Shown: piece by piece, positions 1 through 10,155 of the stretch | Numbering within the stretch: the stretch's first letter is position 1 | How the letters are laid out: every line of letters begins with the position of its first letter | DNA from: Candidatus Levyibacteriota bacterium | GTDB lineage: Bacteria; Patescibacteriota; Microgenomatia; Levybacterales; UBA12049 | Direction of reading: 5' to 3' | Assembly: GCA_016214555.1 (NCBI GenBank) | Contig: JACROF010000003.1 | Span: 64,930 to 128,929 of the forward strand | DNA: 64,000 nucleotides | The notes under the pieces: model-generated | Databases searched by the model: none | The model's input: the letters and a program-made list of their open reading frames with translations, nothing else | Told to the model about the DNA's origin: nothing | Program-made: the position numbers and the translations under genes

Positions 1-1119
1 TTGGTAAGTTTGAAATCTTTTGCATTTTGACCTTCATTTTTGACTTTTAACTTTTGGCTTTTGATCTCTATCACTGTCGGTCCTCCAACTGAAGATAGAG
101 TAATTTTTTGATCCAATCCTTTAAGTAAATAAGTTGTGCCGTTAACGTCTGGTTGAAGACCTTGCGGACCAAACGAAATAAAAGTTCCTCCAACCTCCGG
201 AGGCAGCCTATCAATAACTAAGGTATATGATTTGGACGAACCAATATTTCCCGATAAATCTATCGCCCTTGCCTTGATTTGATAATTACCATCCTCAAAA
301 AGTGAGGGTGTAAATTCGAAATTCGAATTTCGAAATCCGAAACTTTTTGGATTTTTGTTATTTGAATTTGCTTCGAGTTTCGTGCTTTGTGCTTCGAATT
401 TATCAACCGGTATCCAATTTTTCCCACCATCAGTTGAGTACTCTACCTTCGCTATCCCGGGATTAACAAGTCCAGTATCTGATGCCTCACCCGTAATTCT
501 GGGTCCTTCCCTAAATGGTTTTGAAAAATCAAGATCAATCGTGACAAATGGTGCGGTTTTATCGGTAGGCTTTGGAGTCGGAGTAGGTGTAGCCGTGGAC
601 GAGGAGCTAGACGAAGATTTGGGGGTAGGAGTAGCTGTAGCACCTGGAGCTGATGTTGGCGTTGGAGTAGGAGTCGAAACAAGCACAACCGAAACTCCAC
701 TACTTGCGTAACATTGATCATAGCTACTACCGTCTGATGAAGCAAAACCATCTATCTGTAGCTCCTCTTCTGTTATAACTAGACCACTAATAGTAATTGT
801 GAATGTCACCGTTTGGGAACCAGGGATACTTCCTCCTGAGAAAGTTATTTCTCCTCCATTTGCACTTGTATTCCACCCCGTGGCACTTCCTCCAGTAAAC
901 TCCATATATCCCGTATCAGGATTGAGAAATCTTACAGAACTGGCACTATCCTCACCAACATTACTAATGCCAATCGTTACCGATCCTGTTTGATCAACGC
1001 CAACAGATGCACTTGAACCTACCACATCGCATGAAACAGCTAAGGCTGGTTTAGCTACCAATGACATAAAAACACCAAGGAGCAAAAAAAGGAGGATAAA
1101 AAGTCTTAGGGCAGGCATA
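1..1119 (-). CDS. Partial secreted protein; its 3' end lies beyond the window start. It has a Sec signal peptide, an N-terminal beta-rich domain, a Pro/Thr/Ser linker and an Ig-like C-terminal region.
   Basis: Manual translation of the reverse strand from the ATG at 1119 stays open to position 1. The N-terminus MPALRLFILLFLLLGVFMSLVAKPALA is a typical signal peptide. A linker TPTPTPTSAPGATATPTPKSSSSSSTATPTPTPKPTD follows. Then comes a KVEYSTDGGKNWIPV...GNYQIKARAIDLSGN Ig-like segment. The listed ORFs 355..711(+) and 452..751(-) are shadows of this gene. Confidence 0.55.
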
Positions 1120-1155
1120 CAAATTCAGTATAGTATAATTAACAAAAAAACATAC

Positions 1156-3129
1156 ATGAATTTATTACATCAAATACAAACCCTCAATAGTCAAGCATTT
1201 ACTTTAAAGCAAAATGGCCAGATTGACAAAGCTGAGCAAACTCTAAAAATAGCTCTAAGACTTGCCCCAAACCACCCACTTACTAATTACAACCTAGGAA
1301 CATTATTAAAAAATCAAGGAAAACCCGACGAGGCGCTCGCTTTGCTAAAAAAAGCAGCAGATTTCACTCACGACTCGACTGCTCCACTGAACAATCTAGC
1401 ACTATGCCTTAACCAACTAGGACTAGTAGATGAGGCAATTCAAACCTATAAAAGAGCGCTCAAAATCGAACCTACCAACCCGCTTCTAAACTACAACATC
1501 GCCAACCTCTATCTTGAAAACAATATGCAGCAAAAGGCTATAGTTTTTTACAAAAAATCCATAGAATATGAACCCAAAAATCCTCTAGCTTATGCTAATT
1601 TAGGTATTTCCTACTTTCAATTATCTGATAAAAAGGCGATATTACCTTTTAAAAAAGCCATAGAACTTTCACCACAAACAACTCAATACTACTACACTCT
1701 AGCCTATATTTATGAAAAAGCTGGGGATACTAAAAATGCAATCAAATACTACGAAAAAACAATACAAATGGAGCCTAATTTTGAATATGCCTTGGCGCAT
1801 CTTTTTACCCAGAAAAGAAAAATCTGTGATTGGACTGGGCTTGAAAGTATTAGTCAACTCCTTGATCAAACCCACAAAGAATCTCCTTGGTCATCGATAA
1901 TGCGAACTGAAGACTTGAAATCTAATTTGATTGCAGCAAAAGGATACAGTCAGGAACTCGAGGGTAAAATTTCTAAAAATTTATTTTCATTTAAAAAAGG
2001 GGGTGGGAGACAAAAAATCCGCTTGGGCTATATCTCTGCCCACTTTGGCAACCACCCCATTACTTTTACTACCGCTTCAGTTATCAAAAATCATGATAGA
2101 TCAAAGTTTGAAGTTTTTGTTTACTCTTACGGCCCAAATGATAAAAGTACATATAGAAAAAACATAGAAAACGCCGCTTCTCAATTTATTGATGTAACAA
2201 AACTAACAGATAAAGAGGCTGCTAAGAAAATCTTTGATGACCAGATTGATATTTTGGTAGACCTTTCAGGCTATACGCAGGGTAATAGAGCTGAAATTTT
2301 AGCTATGAGACCCTCACCTCTGCAAATAACATGGGCGGGACTTTGCGCAACAACAGGCTCTGATTTTATTGATTATTTTATTGCTGATTCAGTCATAGTT
2401 CCAAAAAAAGATGCGCAATTTTATTCAGAAAAAATGATTTATCTTCCCCCCTGCTTTTGCCCTATTCAGGACATAATTCCCCTATCTAGAAAAAAACTTA
2501 CTAAAAAGCACTTTGGATTACCTGAAAATACATTCATTTTTGCCAGCTTTAATCAAATGTATAAGATCGATAAAACAATCTGGGAGACTTGGATGGAAGT
2601 TTTAAAAAAAGTACCACAAAGCGTTCTCTGGGTATTTATCCAAAATAATGAAGGCAAAAACAACCTTAAGCGCCACGCTCAAAATCAAGGGATCAACCCA
2701 AATCGTATTATCTTCACCAACCAGTTATCTCTTGAAGAATTTTACTCAAGTATCTCACTTGCCGATTTGGCGCTTGACACGCTCGTTTATGGTGGAGGCA
2801 CTACCTCCTATCATAGTCTCCTAAAAAAAGTCCCGCTTATCACCCTCAGAGGCAAGCATCCAGCATCGCTTTTCTCAACAAGCATTCTCAAAGAGTTAGG
2901 GCTTGAAGAATTGAGTACAAAAAATATTCAAGAATATAAAAATATTGCAATTAGTCTTGCTACAGATAATGACAAATTAATGATGATAAAACATCATCTC
3001 ACGCCTGAGAAATTCGACAAAACAATTCTCAATATTGGACAAAAAGTCTCCCACCTAGAAGATGCATATCAACAAATTTGGCACAATTATCTTCTAGGCA
3101 ATAAACCAAAACAAGTTGAGGTTAGTTAG
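1156..3129 (+). CDS. TPR-repeat protein fused to a GT41 (OGT/SPINDLY-like) glycosyltransferase domain
   Basis: The N-terminal ~230 aa carry multiple 34-aa TPR-like repeats (e.g. AIQTYKRALKIEPTNPLLNYNIANLYLENN). The C-terminal part contains the characteristic GT41 block LGYISAHFGNHPITFTT...FEVFVYSYGPND...IDILVDLSGYTQGNRAEILAMRPSPLQITWAGLCATTGSDFIDYFIAD, which resembles eukaryotic OGT and bacterial HMW1C/NGT catalytic regions. Confidence 0.8.
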   Translation: MNLLHQIQTLNSQAFTLKQNGQIDKAEQTLKIALRLAPNHPLTNYNLGTLLKNQGKPDEALALLKKAADFTHDSTAPLNNLALCLNQLGLVDEAIQTYKRALKIEPTNPLLNYNIANLYLENNMQQKAIVFYKKSIEYEPKNPLAYANLGISYFQLSDKKAILPFKKAIELSPQTTQYYYTLAYIYEKAGDTKNAIKYYEKTIQMEPNFEYALAHLFTQKRKICDWTGLESISQLLDQTHKESPWSSIMRTEDLKSNLIAAKGYSQELEGKISKNLFSFKKGGGRQKIRLGYISAHFGNHPITFTTASVIKNHDRSKFEVFVYSYGPNDKSTYRKNIENAASQFIDVTKLTDKEAAKKIFDDQIDILVDLSGYTQGNRAEILAMRPSPLQITWAGLCATTGSDFIDYFIADSVIVPKKDAQFYSEKMIYLPPCFCPIQDIIPLSRKKLTKKHFGLPENTFIFASFNQMYKIDKTIWETWMEVLKKVPQSVLWVFIQNNEGKNNLKRHAQNQGINPNRIIFTNQLSLEEFYSSISLADLALDTLVYGGGTTSYHSLLKKVPLITLRGKHPASLFSTSILKELGLEELSTKNIQEYKNIAISLATDNDKLMMIKHHLTPEKFDKTILNIGQKVSHLEDAYQQIWHNYLLGNKPKQVEVS

Positions 3130-3131
3130 TA

Positions 3132-3641
3132 TCACTTGAGATAATCAGCTCTCAAAAACCCCATAATGAGTGAGTCAACGTACCGATTGCCTTTCTTCAC
3201 ATGATGTCGCCTGACACCTTCTTTTTTAAAACCAAGTTTTTTATAAAGCGATATAGCTGGCGTATTGAAATCCAAAACTTCAAGTGAGACTTTATTGAAT
3301 TTTTTCTCTCTTAATAAAAAGTCAATAAAGAGCTTGAGAGCCTCAAATGCAAATCCCTTTTTTCTATACTTAGGTTCAATATCCGCACCCACATACACAT
3401 TTTTATTTTGTAAGTCCCATGCAGATGTACGGATGTAGCCTACTTTGCTACCCTCAAACTCAATAACGAAATACTGAGGATTTGTCGTTTTAAACCATCT
3501 TTTGGCATCACTCAAGCTAAATTTTCGACTATCATGAAGATATGCTACGCATTTATTTCGAAGGCTTACAAAAAAATCAAGATCTGTGGATTTCATAGGT
3601 CGAATGATGATTCTTTCTGATCGTAAATTAATTTCAAACAT
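3132..3641 (-). CDS. GNAT-family N-acetyltransferase
   Basis: 169 aa with a GNAT acetyl-CoA-binding core (VGADIEPKYRKKGFAFEALKLFIDFLL...LYKKLGFKKEG). It is convergent with the GT41 gene. Confidence 0.75.
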   Translation of the reverse strand: MFEINLRSERIIIRPMKSTDLDFFVSLRNKCVAYLHDSRKFSLSDAKRWFKTTNPQYFVIEFEGSKVGYIRTSAWDLQNKNVYVGADIEPKYRKKGFAFEALKLFIDFLLREKKFNKVSLEVLDFNTPAISLYKKLGFKKEGVRRHHVKKGNRYVDSLIMGFLRADYLK

Positions 3642-3647
3642 TGTTAT

Positions 3648-4775
3648 CTAGAACCCTTCAAGAATAGACGCAATCTCTTTTGCTTTTTTGATACTCACCC
3701 ACTGTCCAATTGGAATGGCAATATTCTCCTTGTCAAATGTATCAACTCCGGGAAGTTTTCCTGTTGTAAGCTTGCGAAATACAGGATAAATATCATTTCG
3801 CCTGTGCGCCTCTACCGCCTCAACGCCAATTTTTTTTAGGGCTTTAACAAGTTTTGATCTATTTTCAGAGCTTCCGCACAGAACGATATATAACCAATAG
3901 TTCGGCTTGGAGTCAGGAAGAATTGTTTGAGGTTTTAAAGACTTGCTTTTTGATAGTGCTTTGTCATAAATTGCTGCTATTTTTCTTCTATAAGCAATAC
4001 GGCTAAGTAGGTATGGGATTTGGCCTAATCCAATTGAAGCTGCAATATCAGTCATCTGCATTTTGTACCCTACTTCAGAAATAGGATACTCCCAAAAAGT
4101 CTCTCCCCAGACCCTTTGTTCCCTATCAATCCCATACCATCGTAATGTTTTTGCGCGTTTTACATCTTTCTTTCTTTTACAAACCAAAACTCCTCCGTCA
4201 CCTGTTGTTATTATCTTTGTAGCTTGAAAACTAAAAGCCACAAAATCTGAATGAGTACCAATTGGTTTACCTCCGTATTCAGATCCTAATGCCTGAGCTG
4301 CATCTTCAATAACTGGAATACCAAACTTCTTAGCAATCCTGTTTATTTTGTCAATTTCTGAAGAAACACCTCCAAAGTCTACCACCATTATTGCCTTAGT
4401 ATGTTTGGTAATTTTTCGCTCAATATCTTCAGGATCAATATTACCCGATTCAGGATCAACATCTGCCCAGATTGGAATCCCGCCCTCAAGAACAATCGCG
4501 GCATTGGTAGCAAAACAAGTCATCGGAGTAGTGATAACTTCCCCTTCTTTAACTCCAGCTAGTCGCAGAGCAAGCTGCAAAGCTGAAGTTCCGGAGTTTA
4601 GGGCAACAACATTTGGGTTTTCAATAACCTTTCCGATATCTTCTTCGAACTCCTTAACCCTTGGCCCATCTCCCCCAATCCACCCAGATCTTAAAGTCTT
4701 ATTTACTAATGCGATAGACTCTTTAGTCACACTTACTTTGTATGAAGATGTATTCTTAATCCTTTTCATGGCCAA
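3648..4775 (-). CDS. DegT/DnrJ/EryC1/StrS-family PLP-dependent sugar aminotransferase
   Basis: Typical family motifs: NSGTSALQLAL, the catalytic lysine context DFVAFSFQATKIITTGDGGVL, and IEDAAQALGSEY. Paired with the GNAT this resembles PseC/PseH or PglE/PglD-type amino-sugar synthesis. Confidence 0.9.
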   Translation of the reverse strand: MAMKRIKNTSSYKVSVTKESIALVNKTLRSGWIGGDGPRVKEFEEDIGKVIENPNVVALNSGTSALQLALRLAGVKEGEVITTPMTCFATNAAIVLEGGIPIWADVDPESGNIDPEDIERKITKHTKAIMVVDFGGVSSEIDKINRIAKKFGIPVIEDAAQALGSEYGGKPIGTHSDFVAFSFQATKIITTGDGGVLVCKRKKDVKRAKTLRWYGIDREQRVWGETFWEYPISEVGYKMQMTDIAASIGLGQIPYLLSRIAYRRKIAAIYDKALSKSKSLKPQTILPDSKPNYWLYIVLCGSSENRSKLVKALKKIGVEAVEAHRRNDIYPVFRKLTTGKLPGVDTFDKENIAIPIGQWVSIKKAKEIASILEGF

Positions 4776-4847
4776 ATAATACCATAATGAAACAAAAATA
4801 CAATTTGAAGATTGAAAACAAAGGCTAATACATAGTAAATTAGATAC

Positions 4848-7800
4848 ATGCCAGCAGTCCGCGACTATACTTTTGCTTATGAAGCCTCCACAGCAGATGC
4901 AGGAATTACAATTCCCATGTGCGGATATGCAACAAATGATCTTTTAATAGCATTTGCCATCTCAGACACAGGTACTCCAGCATGGGTTCCCTTGAGTGAT
5001 GTTTCAGGGGCAGCTTCTGAAGATGCTGGAACTCCCGTAAGCGATTTAACCGATGCTGTATCAGCTACTGCAAATGATATGGAACTAACCCCAGCAGTAG
5101 GAAATGCAGGAACCGGGGACGGGTATTATTTTGGTAGCACACAACCATTCAACATGGTTAGAGTTAACGTGGGCACTGCTGCATCTGCTTCTTGGACTAT
5201 TACTTGGAAATATTGGAATGGGTCATGGACCACAATTCCCGGCTACACTGATGGAACTACAAATTGGACAGCAGGGACCGGAAATCGTGACGTTACCTTT
5301 AATCCTCCCAACGACTGGGCTACCACGACGGTAGTGTCACAAAATATTTACTGGGTAAAAGCTGAGATAACTGCATTTACTTCCCTCACTACAAGACCTC
5401 TAGGCACTCAAGCCTGGGTACGAAACTGGACACAGCTTTTTGGGCGCAATAATACACTTGCTTCTATCTGTTATTTCAAAATCGCCTCATCATCAACCTC
5501 AGAAGAAGACCTCTTGATGTATACCGCAACAAATGAAACGTATAACGGAAGTATCACTTCAATCCGAGATATTAATACCAAAACCCCATTCGGGGTGGCA
5601 AGCATAGCAAGCTATTCAGAGACGAACGCTGATAGTTATGCAAGTCTTGGAAACGGAACAATAACTGGAGTTGCACAATCATTTACCAATACTGCAGTAG
5701 TCAATACTATTGCAAAAGTCAGATTTTATCTTAAAAAAAACGGGACACCAACTGGTAATGCTACGGCAAAACTCTATACCCATTCAGGAACATTAGGCAC
5801 ATCATCTGTTCCAACCGGCACTGCGCTTGCGGTTTCAGATGCCTTTGATGTGTCAACGTTGACTACCACTGCAACCTTATCTGATTTTGTATTCAGTAAT
5901 TATACAAACTGGTATTCTATGGTAGCATCAACTAATTACGTAGTTTCAATTGAATATTCAGGAGGTGACTCATCAAATTATGTCCAGGTTGGCTACGATA
6001 ACAGCTCTCCCTCCCATGGTGGAAACTATTCTGAAAACACGGGGTCATGGGCTGCAAATTCAGGCAGGGATGTAGCATTTTATCTCCAAACTTTCGCAGC
6101 AAATGACAGCACCCAAGCCGCATCTGCCAGGTTTGCAATGCCTCAGATTACAACTGACGCAAATAATGCACTTGTACTTTACTTTAACTCCACCTCAGGA
6201 ACTGCAGGAACCCCCTCTATTATTGAAGGGCCCGTATTTAGTCTTATCGCAGGAGACGGAACTGCGGAGTCTCATGCAGTGGGATGGGGATTTAAAGCCA
6301 CGGCGGGATCAACACCTAACAATGTTTATGCTACAGCTGCTGTTACAGGGGCAGGCGTCAAAGCTGTTATCCAAGTCTCCCCTCCCACAACAGGAGCTAC
6401 AATAATCCCTGCCTATACTCCACAGGATGACTGCACCTACATAGATCCTATTGCTGGTGTAAGTGCATATAATTCTAATACTGCCTTGGCTGCTACTGCA
6501 GATACTAACTTTGGTACGTCTCTTGGAGGCTTTACTGCTAATGATGCAACCGTAGCTGCTATGGCTGATACCGGAATTAACTCATTCCACTCACTTGGAG
6601 GAATGACAAATGCTGCGACAGCAAAAACAATTAGCGGGGCAGAATTGGTTCTCGCAGCTGCAAATAGATTTAATATGGGGACTAAAAATCTGCTTTGCCA
6701 TGTGTATGCCGCCACCCCTGCACATATGCAAAGATTCTCAGCCGTATCTTCAGAGCGTGGTTTTTGGATGGGAGTCCGATCAAATACGGGGTCTGGAGGA
6801 GCAACAACAGGATATAAAATCTGGCAGGTACATGGAGTTGATGCTCCATGGGATTTTGGGTTCCATGTACCAATCATTGTAAACTCAGGCGCAGGAAATA
6901 CTAAGGCAACATCGGGAACTCTAGATACAGCAGTTATTGCATCTGTTGGTTTTTGGAATAGCTCTATAGGAGCTCTTACTAATCAACAAGGAGTAGGATC
7001 ATTATGGCTTATGGACAAAACGGTTGTTTGTGGAGGAAATAGTGCAGAACCTCTCAATGTGCCAGGTATTGTCAAAACAATTGCTCGCGGCAAAGAACGT
7101 CAATCAGGAATTCTTCAAGGAGCAAAGCAGATGCTTTTGCTTCAAGATATTCAGCTTGGTGATGGCGGAACAGACCCAACATATCTTGATCTAGATTCGA
7201 CAGCGACTGAATTTCCAAGACAATATAATGCTGCGACAGCCCAGGTTAATTATAATTCAACGGATAACATCATAGGAATTACCTATTATCCCGGAGCTTC
7301 GGATACTATCAAGCATCGCAACTCAATCATATCAAGCAGTAGCAGATACAAATGGGGGTTACATGCTTCCGCATCCACTTCAGCATCGTATGATTTTTCA
7401 GGTCTTATCGTAATCGGCGCTGGAATAATCACCCTTAATAAAGCAATTACCATAACCGAACTCACCATTAACGACTACTCAACTCTTGATGTCTCAGGAC
7501 TTACCTTTAATTTAGGAACTATATTAAATATGCCTGCTACCAGCGACTCTATAACTACCTCAAGTAGTACGGTTATTTCAAATAGCTCAATAACCACAAC
7601 TACCGTTACGGCTGGTAATAGATGGGCCTCTGTTGCAACAGCTGATCTAGATATGTTCTCAGGCAATACCTTTACCGGTTCGACAACGAGCGGACATGCT
7701 ATCAGGCTCACATCAACGGGAACAGTTAGCTTTTCAGGGAATACATTTACTTCTTATGGCCCGGCAGCAAGAAGCTTTGATGCGTCAACGGACGTCAATA

Positions 7801-8603
7801 CAACAACAAATATCATTACTCTTGACGCAGCCCATGGGTACAACAACGGCGAACCAGCGTACTTTCAGGATCAAGGAGGAACCGCCCCAACAGGTCTTAC
7901 CGATGGCAATCTTTACTATGTAAGAAGTGAATCCTCAACCACCATCACTCTTTATGACACATCAGCACACGCCATAGCTGGAGGCGCCACAGGACAAGCA
8001 GACATCACTGCCACAGGCTCTGGAACACAATATATTTATAGTGCGGCAGCAGCCATCTACAATAATTCTGGTGGGGCTGTAACTATCAATGTCACCAACG
8101 GAGGAAGTACACCAAGTATTAGGAATTCAGACGGATCATCAACTACAGTCAATAATTCTGTCAATCTCACAATCACCGTCATTGATGCGAGTACAAATCC
8201 TGTGCCAACAGCCCAGACCGCCATCTATCGAACAAGTGACAACGTTGAGCTTATGAATGAAGATACAGAAACAGTAACTGCTGGCTCATTTGTTGTCGGG
8301 GTAAAATACACCATCGTCAGCGTTGGCTCAACAGACTTTACAGCAATTGGAGCCGCTTCAAATACAGTTGGCGTTGCTTTCACGGCAACTGGTGTAGGAT
8401 CGGGAACTGGCACTGCCTCAAATGGTATCGCAACAGCCACGTTTAGTTATATTACTGATACGGCAGTATATGTCAGAGTCAGAAAATCTTCCACAGGTAC
8501 TACAAAATATACACCAGTTTCAACAACAGGAACTATCACGAGCACAGGATATTCTCTAACAGTTACTCTAACAAGTGACACGATAGCCGATCCGACCTTG
8601 TGA
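4848..8603 (+). CDS. Giant Ser/Thr/Asn/Gly-rich protein (1251 aa), paralog family member 1; no signal peptide; function unknown
   Basis: Long uninterrupted ORF. The N-terminus MPAVRDYTFAYEAS...ITIPMCGYATNDLLIAFAISDTGT is paralogous to the N-terminus of 10547..13114. Shared central blocks: SIIEGPV...AGVKA.IQ, CGG...PGIV...IQLGDGGT.PTYLDLD, GITYY.GASDTIKHR. Shared C-terminal blocks: AAHGY..G...Y.QDQGG and YVRVR. It also shares a VTF..P.DWA.T...QN.Y block with 13367..16246. Confidence 0.7.
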   Translation: MPAVRDYTFAYEASTADAGITIPMCGYATNDLLIAFAISDTGTPAWVPLSDVSGAASEDAGTPVSDLTDAVSATANDMELTPAVGNAGTGDGYYFGSTQPFNMVRVNVGTAASASWTITWKYWNGSWTTIPGYTDGTTNWTAGTGNRDVTFNPPNDWATTTVVSQNIYWVKAEITAFTSLTTRPLGTQAWVRNWTQLFGRNNTLASICYFKIASSSTSEEDLLMYTATNETYNGSITSIRDINTKTPFGVASIASYSETNADSYASLGNGTITGVAQSFTNTAVVNTIAKVRFYLKKNGTPTGNATAKLYTHSGTLGTSSVPTGTALAVSDAFDVSTLTTTATLSDFVFSNYTNWYSMVASTNYVVSIEYSGGDSSNYVQVGYDNSSPSHGGNYSENTGSWAANSGRDVAFYLQTFAANDSTQAASARFAMPQITTDANNALVLYFNSTSGTAGTPSIIEGPVFSLIAGDGTAESHAVGWGFKATAGSTPNNVYATAAVTGAGVKAVIQVSPPTTGATIIPAYTPQDDCTYIDPIAGVSAYNSNTALAATADTNFGTSLGGFTANDATVAAMADTGINSFHSLGGMTNAATAKTISGAELVLAAANRFNMGTKNLLCHVYAATPAHMQRFSAVSSERGFWMGVRSNTGSGGATTGYKIWQVHGVDAPWDFGFHVPIIVNSGAGNTKATSGTLDTAVIASVGFWNSSIGALTNQQGVGSLWLMDKTVVCGGNSAEPLNVPGIVKTIARGKERQSGILQGAKQMLLLQDIQLGDGGTDPTYLDLDSTATEFPRQYNAATAQVNYNSTDNIIGITYYPGASDTIKHRNSIISSSSRYKWGLHASASTSASYDFSGLIVIGAGIITLNKAITITELTINDYSTLDVSGLTFNLGTILNMPATSDSITTSSSTVISNSSITTTTVTAGNRWASVATADLDMFSGNTFTGSTTSGHAIRLTSTGTVSFSGNTFTSYGPAARSFDASTDVNTTTNIITLDAAHGYNNGEPAYFQDQGGTAPTGLTDGNLYYVRSESSTTITLYDTSAHAIAGGATGQADITATGSGTQYIYSAAAAIYNNSGGAVTINVTNGGSTPSIRNSDGSSTTVNNSVNLTITVIDASTNPVPTAQTAIYRTSDNVELMNEDTETVTAGSFVVGVKYTIVSVGSTDFTAIGAASNTVGVAFTATGVGSGTGTASNGIATATFSYITDTAVYVRVRKSSTGTTKYTPVSTTGTITSTGYSLTVTLTSDTIADPTL

Positions 8604-10135
8604 TTTTAAGTCTTAATCATGCAAAAATACTCCAAAAAGAAAGGTTGACGACAGCAGCAAGGATTGCTGCAACAGAACACATACAAATTATTGAAGGAGC
8701 AAGACAACTTCTTGTCTCGCTCTCAACATCCCCATTTATACTCTACCCTGACGAAAACTGCTCGCTATATTTACAACAAGTACTAAATAAATATCAACGC
8801 TACAATAATATTGCACTCGCAAATCTTCATGGTGATGCGATATGCAATGCTGCAGCACTTCCAGAACAAAAAATTGTCAATGTGTCCGATCGTTATTTTT
8901 TTAAAGAGGTGATAAAAACAAATGAATTTACCGTTGGAGAATATTCTTTAAGCAAGACAACCAAACAACCCGTAATATCACTTGGCTATCCGGTCCATGA
9001 CTACCAAGGACGTCTTATTGGTATTATCTATTCATCGCTTGATCTAGATTGGCTAAAAAATCTCGTATCAAGCCTGTCGCTTGGGGACAATTCCGTGCTA
9101 TTAATAACAGATAAAAATGGTAAAATTCTTGCCTCAAATCAAAACTCATTTCAAGCAGGCTCTCTCCTCTCTGACAAAGGAATAGTTCTTAACCTAAAGT
9201 CAGACTCAGGATTAATTGAACCACAAGATACTAAGAACTATTTCTTTGCTTACAATCAAATCGGTGGTTCGAGTTCAAACCCTTTTGCTTTCGTAGGGCT
9301 CCCAAAAGCTACAGTTTATCAAAAACCTAACGAGGACTTTGCTAAATCTCTCCTCTTCTCCGGATTGATAGCACTCCTCTCTTTGACAGGAGGATGGTAC
9401 ATAGGCAACTCGCTCATAACCAAACTTGTTATGGCTGTACAAAAAGTAGACCAACTTAGGCAGGATTTTGTCTCTTTAGTATCGCATCAACTTCGGACAC
9501 CACTAACCGCAATAAAGTATTTTTGTGAAATCCTCCTTTCAGAATCCTCAGGCAAACTTAATAAAAAACAGAAAGAATTTATCACTGACACACTTACTTC
9601 AGCTTCACGGTTGAGCCAGCTGGTAGGAACTCTTCTTGATATCGGAAGACTTGAAGAGGGAAAAATGCTTCTTAATTTTAAGGAAGTATCAGTTGAAAAA
9701 TTGCTAGAAAACAGCATGAAAGATATCGCTCCCTTTATCAAAAAAGAGGGCCTCAAGCTGTCGCGGGTTAAAAAAAGAGGCGTACCTAGCAACATTTTTG
9801 TCGATGAAAAACTAATGATACAGGCCGTGTCAAATCTCCTCTCAAATGCAGTAAAATACAGCGACCCAAAATCACTTATTGAAATTATTCTCTCAAAATC
9901 AAACAATGGCATACTTTTTGAGATCAAAAACAGAGGGATAGTCATACTTCCTGAAGATAAGTCCCATATCTTTTCAAAATTTTACCGATCAACTATGGCA
10001 AGAAAAAAAGCAGACGAAGGGTCTGGATTAGGACTTTATCTGACAAAACTTATTATAGAATCACATGGGGGCAAAATCTGGTTTGAAAGCGATAAAAATA
10101 GTACGTCATTTTTCTTTACTCTAGAGATTAAATAA
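8600..10135 (+). CDS. Sensor histidine kinase with an extracytoplasmic Cache-like domain; it appears to lack an N-terminal TM/signal segment
   Basis: HisKA box VSLVSHQLRTPLTAIKYF. HATPase_c motifs NLLSNAVKYSD, GSGLGLYLTKLIIESHGGKIWFES. One TM helix (LLFSGLIALLSLTGGWYIGNSLI) precedes HisKA. The first ~250 aa are Cache-like (YQGRLIGIIYSSLDLDWLKN...LLITDKNGKILASNQ) but no hydrophobic segment precedes them. An in-frame stop lies immediately upstream, and the start (GTG at 8600) overlaps the stop of the preceding giant gene. Confidence 0.8.
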   Translation: MILSLNHAKILQKERLTTAARIAATEHIQIIEGARQLLVSLSTSPFILYPDENCSLYLQQVLNKYQRYNNIALANLHGDAICNAAALPEQKIVNVSDRYFFKEVIKTNEFTVGEYSLSKTTKQPVISLGYPVHDYQGRLIGIIYSSLDLDWLKNLVSSLSLGDNSVLLITDKNGKILASNQNSFQAGSLLSDKGIVLNLKSDSGLIEPQDTKNYFFAYNQIGGSSSNPFAFVGLPKATVYQKPNEDFAKSLLFSGLIALLSLTGGWYIGNSLITKLVMAVQKVDQLRQDFVSLVSHQLRTPLTAIKYFCEILLSESSGKLNKKQKEFITDTLTSASRLSQLVGTLLDIGRLEEGKMLLNFKEVSVEKLLENSMKDIAPFIKKEGLKLSRVKKRGVPSNIFVDEKLMIQAVSNLLSNAVKYSDPKSLIEIILSKSNNGILFEIKNRGIVILPEDKSHIFSKFYRSTMARKKADEGSGLGLYLTKLIIESHGGKIWFESDKNSTSFFFTLEIK

Positions 10136-10155
10136 TGGTAGAATGAAATAAAATC

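Noticed and set aside
314-347. Palindromic/tandem DNA GAAATTCGAATTTCGAAATCCGAAAC
   Set aside because: It lies inside the open reading frame of the secreted-protein gene (encodes FGFRNSNFEF). It is most simply a short coding low-complexity segment, not a regulatory site.
355-993. ORF-track entries 355..711(+), 452..751(-) and 799..993(+) at the window start
   Set aside because: They are shadow or alternative-frame ORFs of the long reverse-strand secreted-protein gene (1..1119). That frame is fully open and has a convincing signal peptide and domain structure. The + ORF translates the antisense of the Pro/Thr linker as a GVGV low-complexity sequence.
4348-4779. 143-aa + strand ORF inside the DegT aminotransferase gene, and similar embedded ORFs (5104..5334, 5932..6138, 6103..6405, 6437..6877, 9487..9945, 10218..10514, 10888..11175, 15625..16110, 25600..25989, 30074..30412, 30529..30921 and others)
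   Set aside because: All lie antisense to or out of frame within strongly supported genes. Their composition (Leu/Gln/His/Arg-rich, no motifs) is typical of shadow ORFs.
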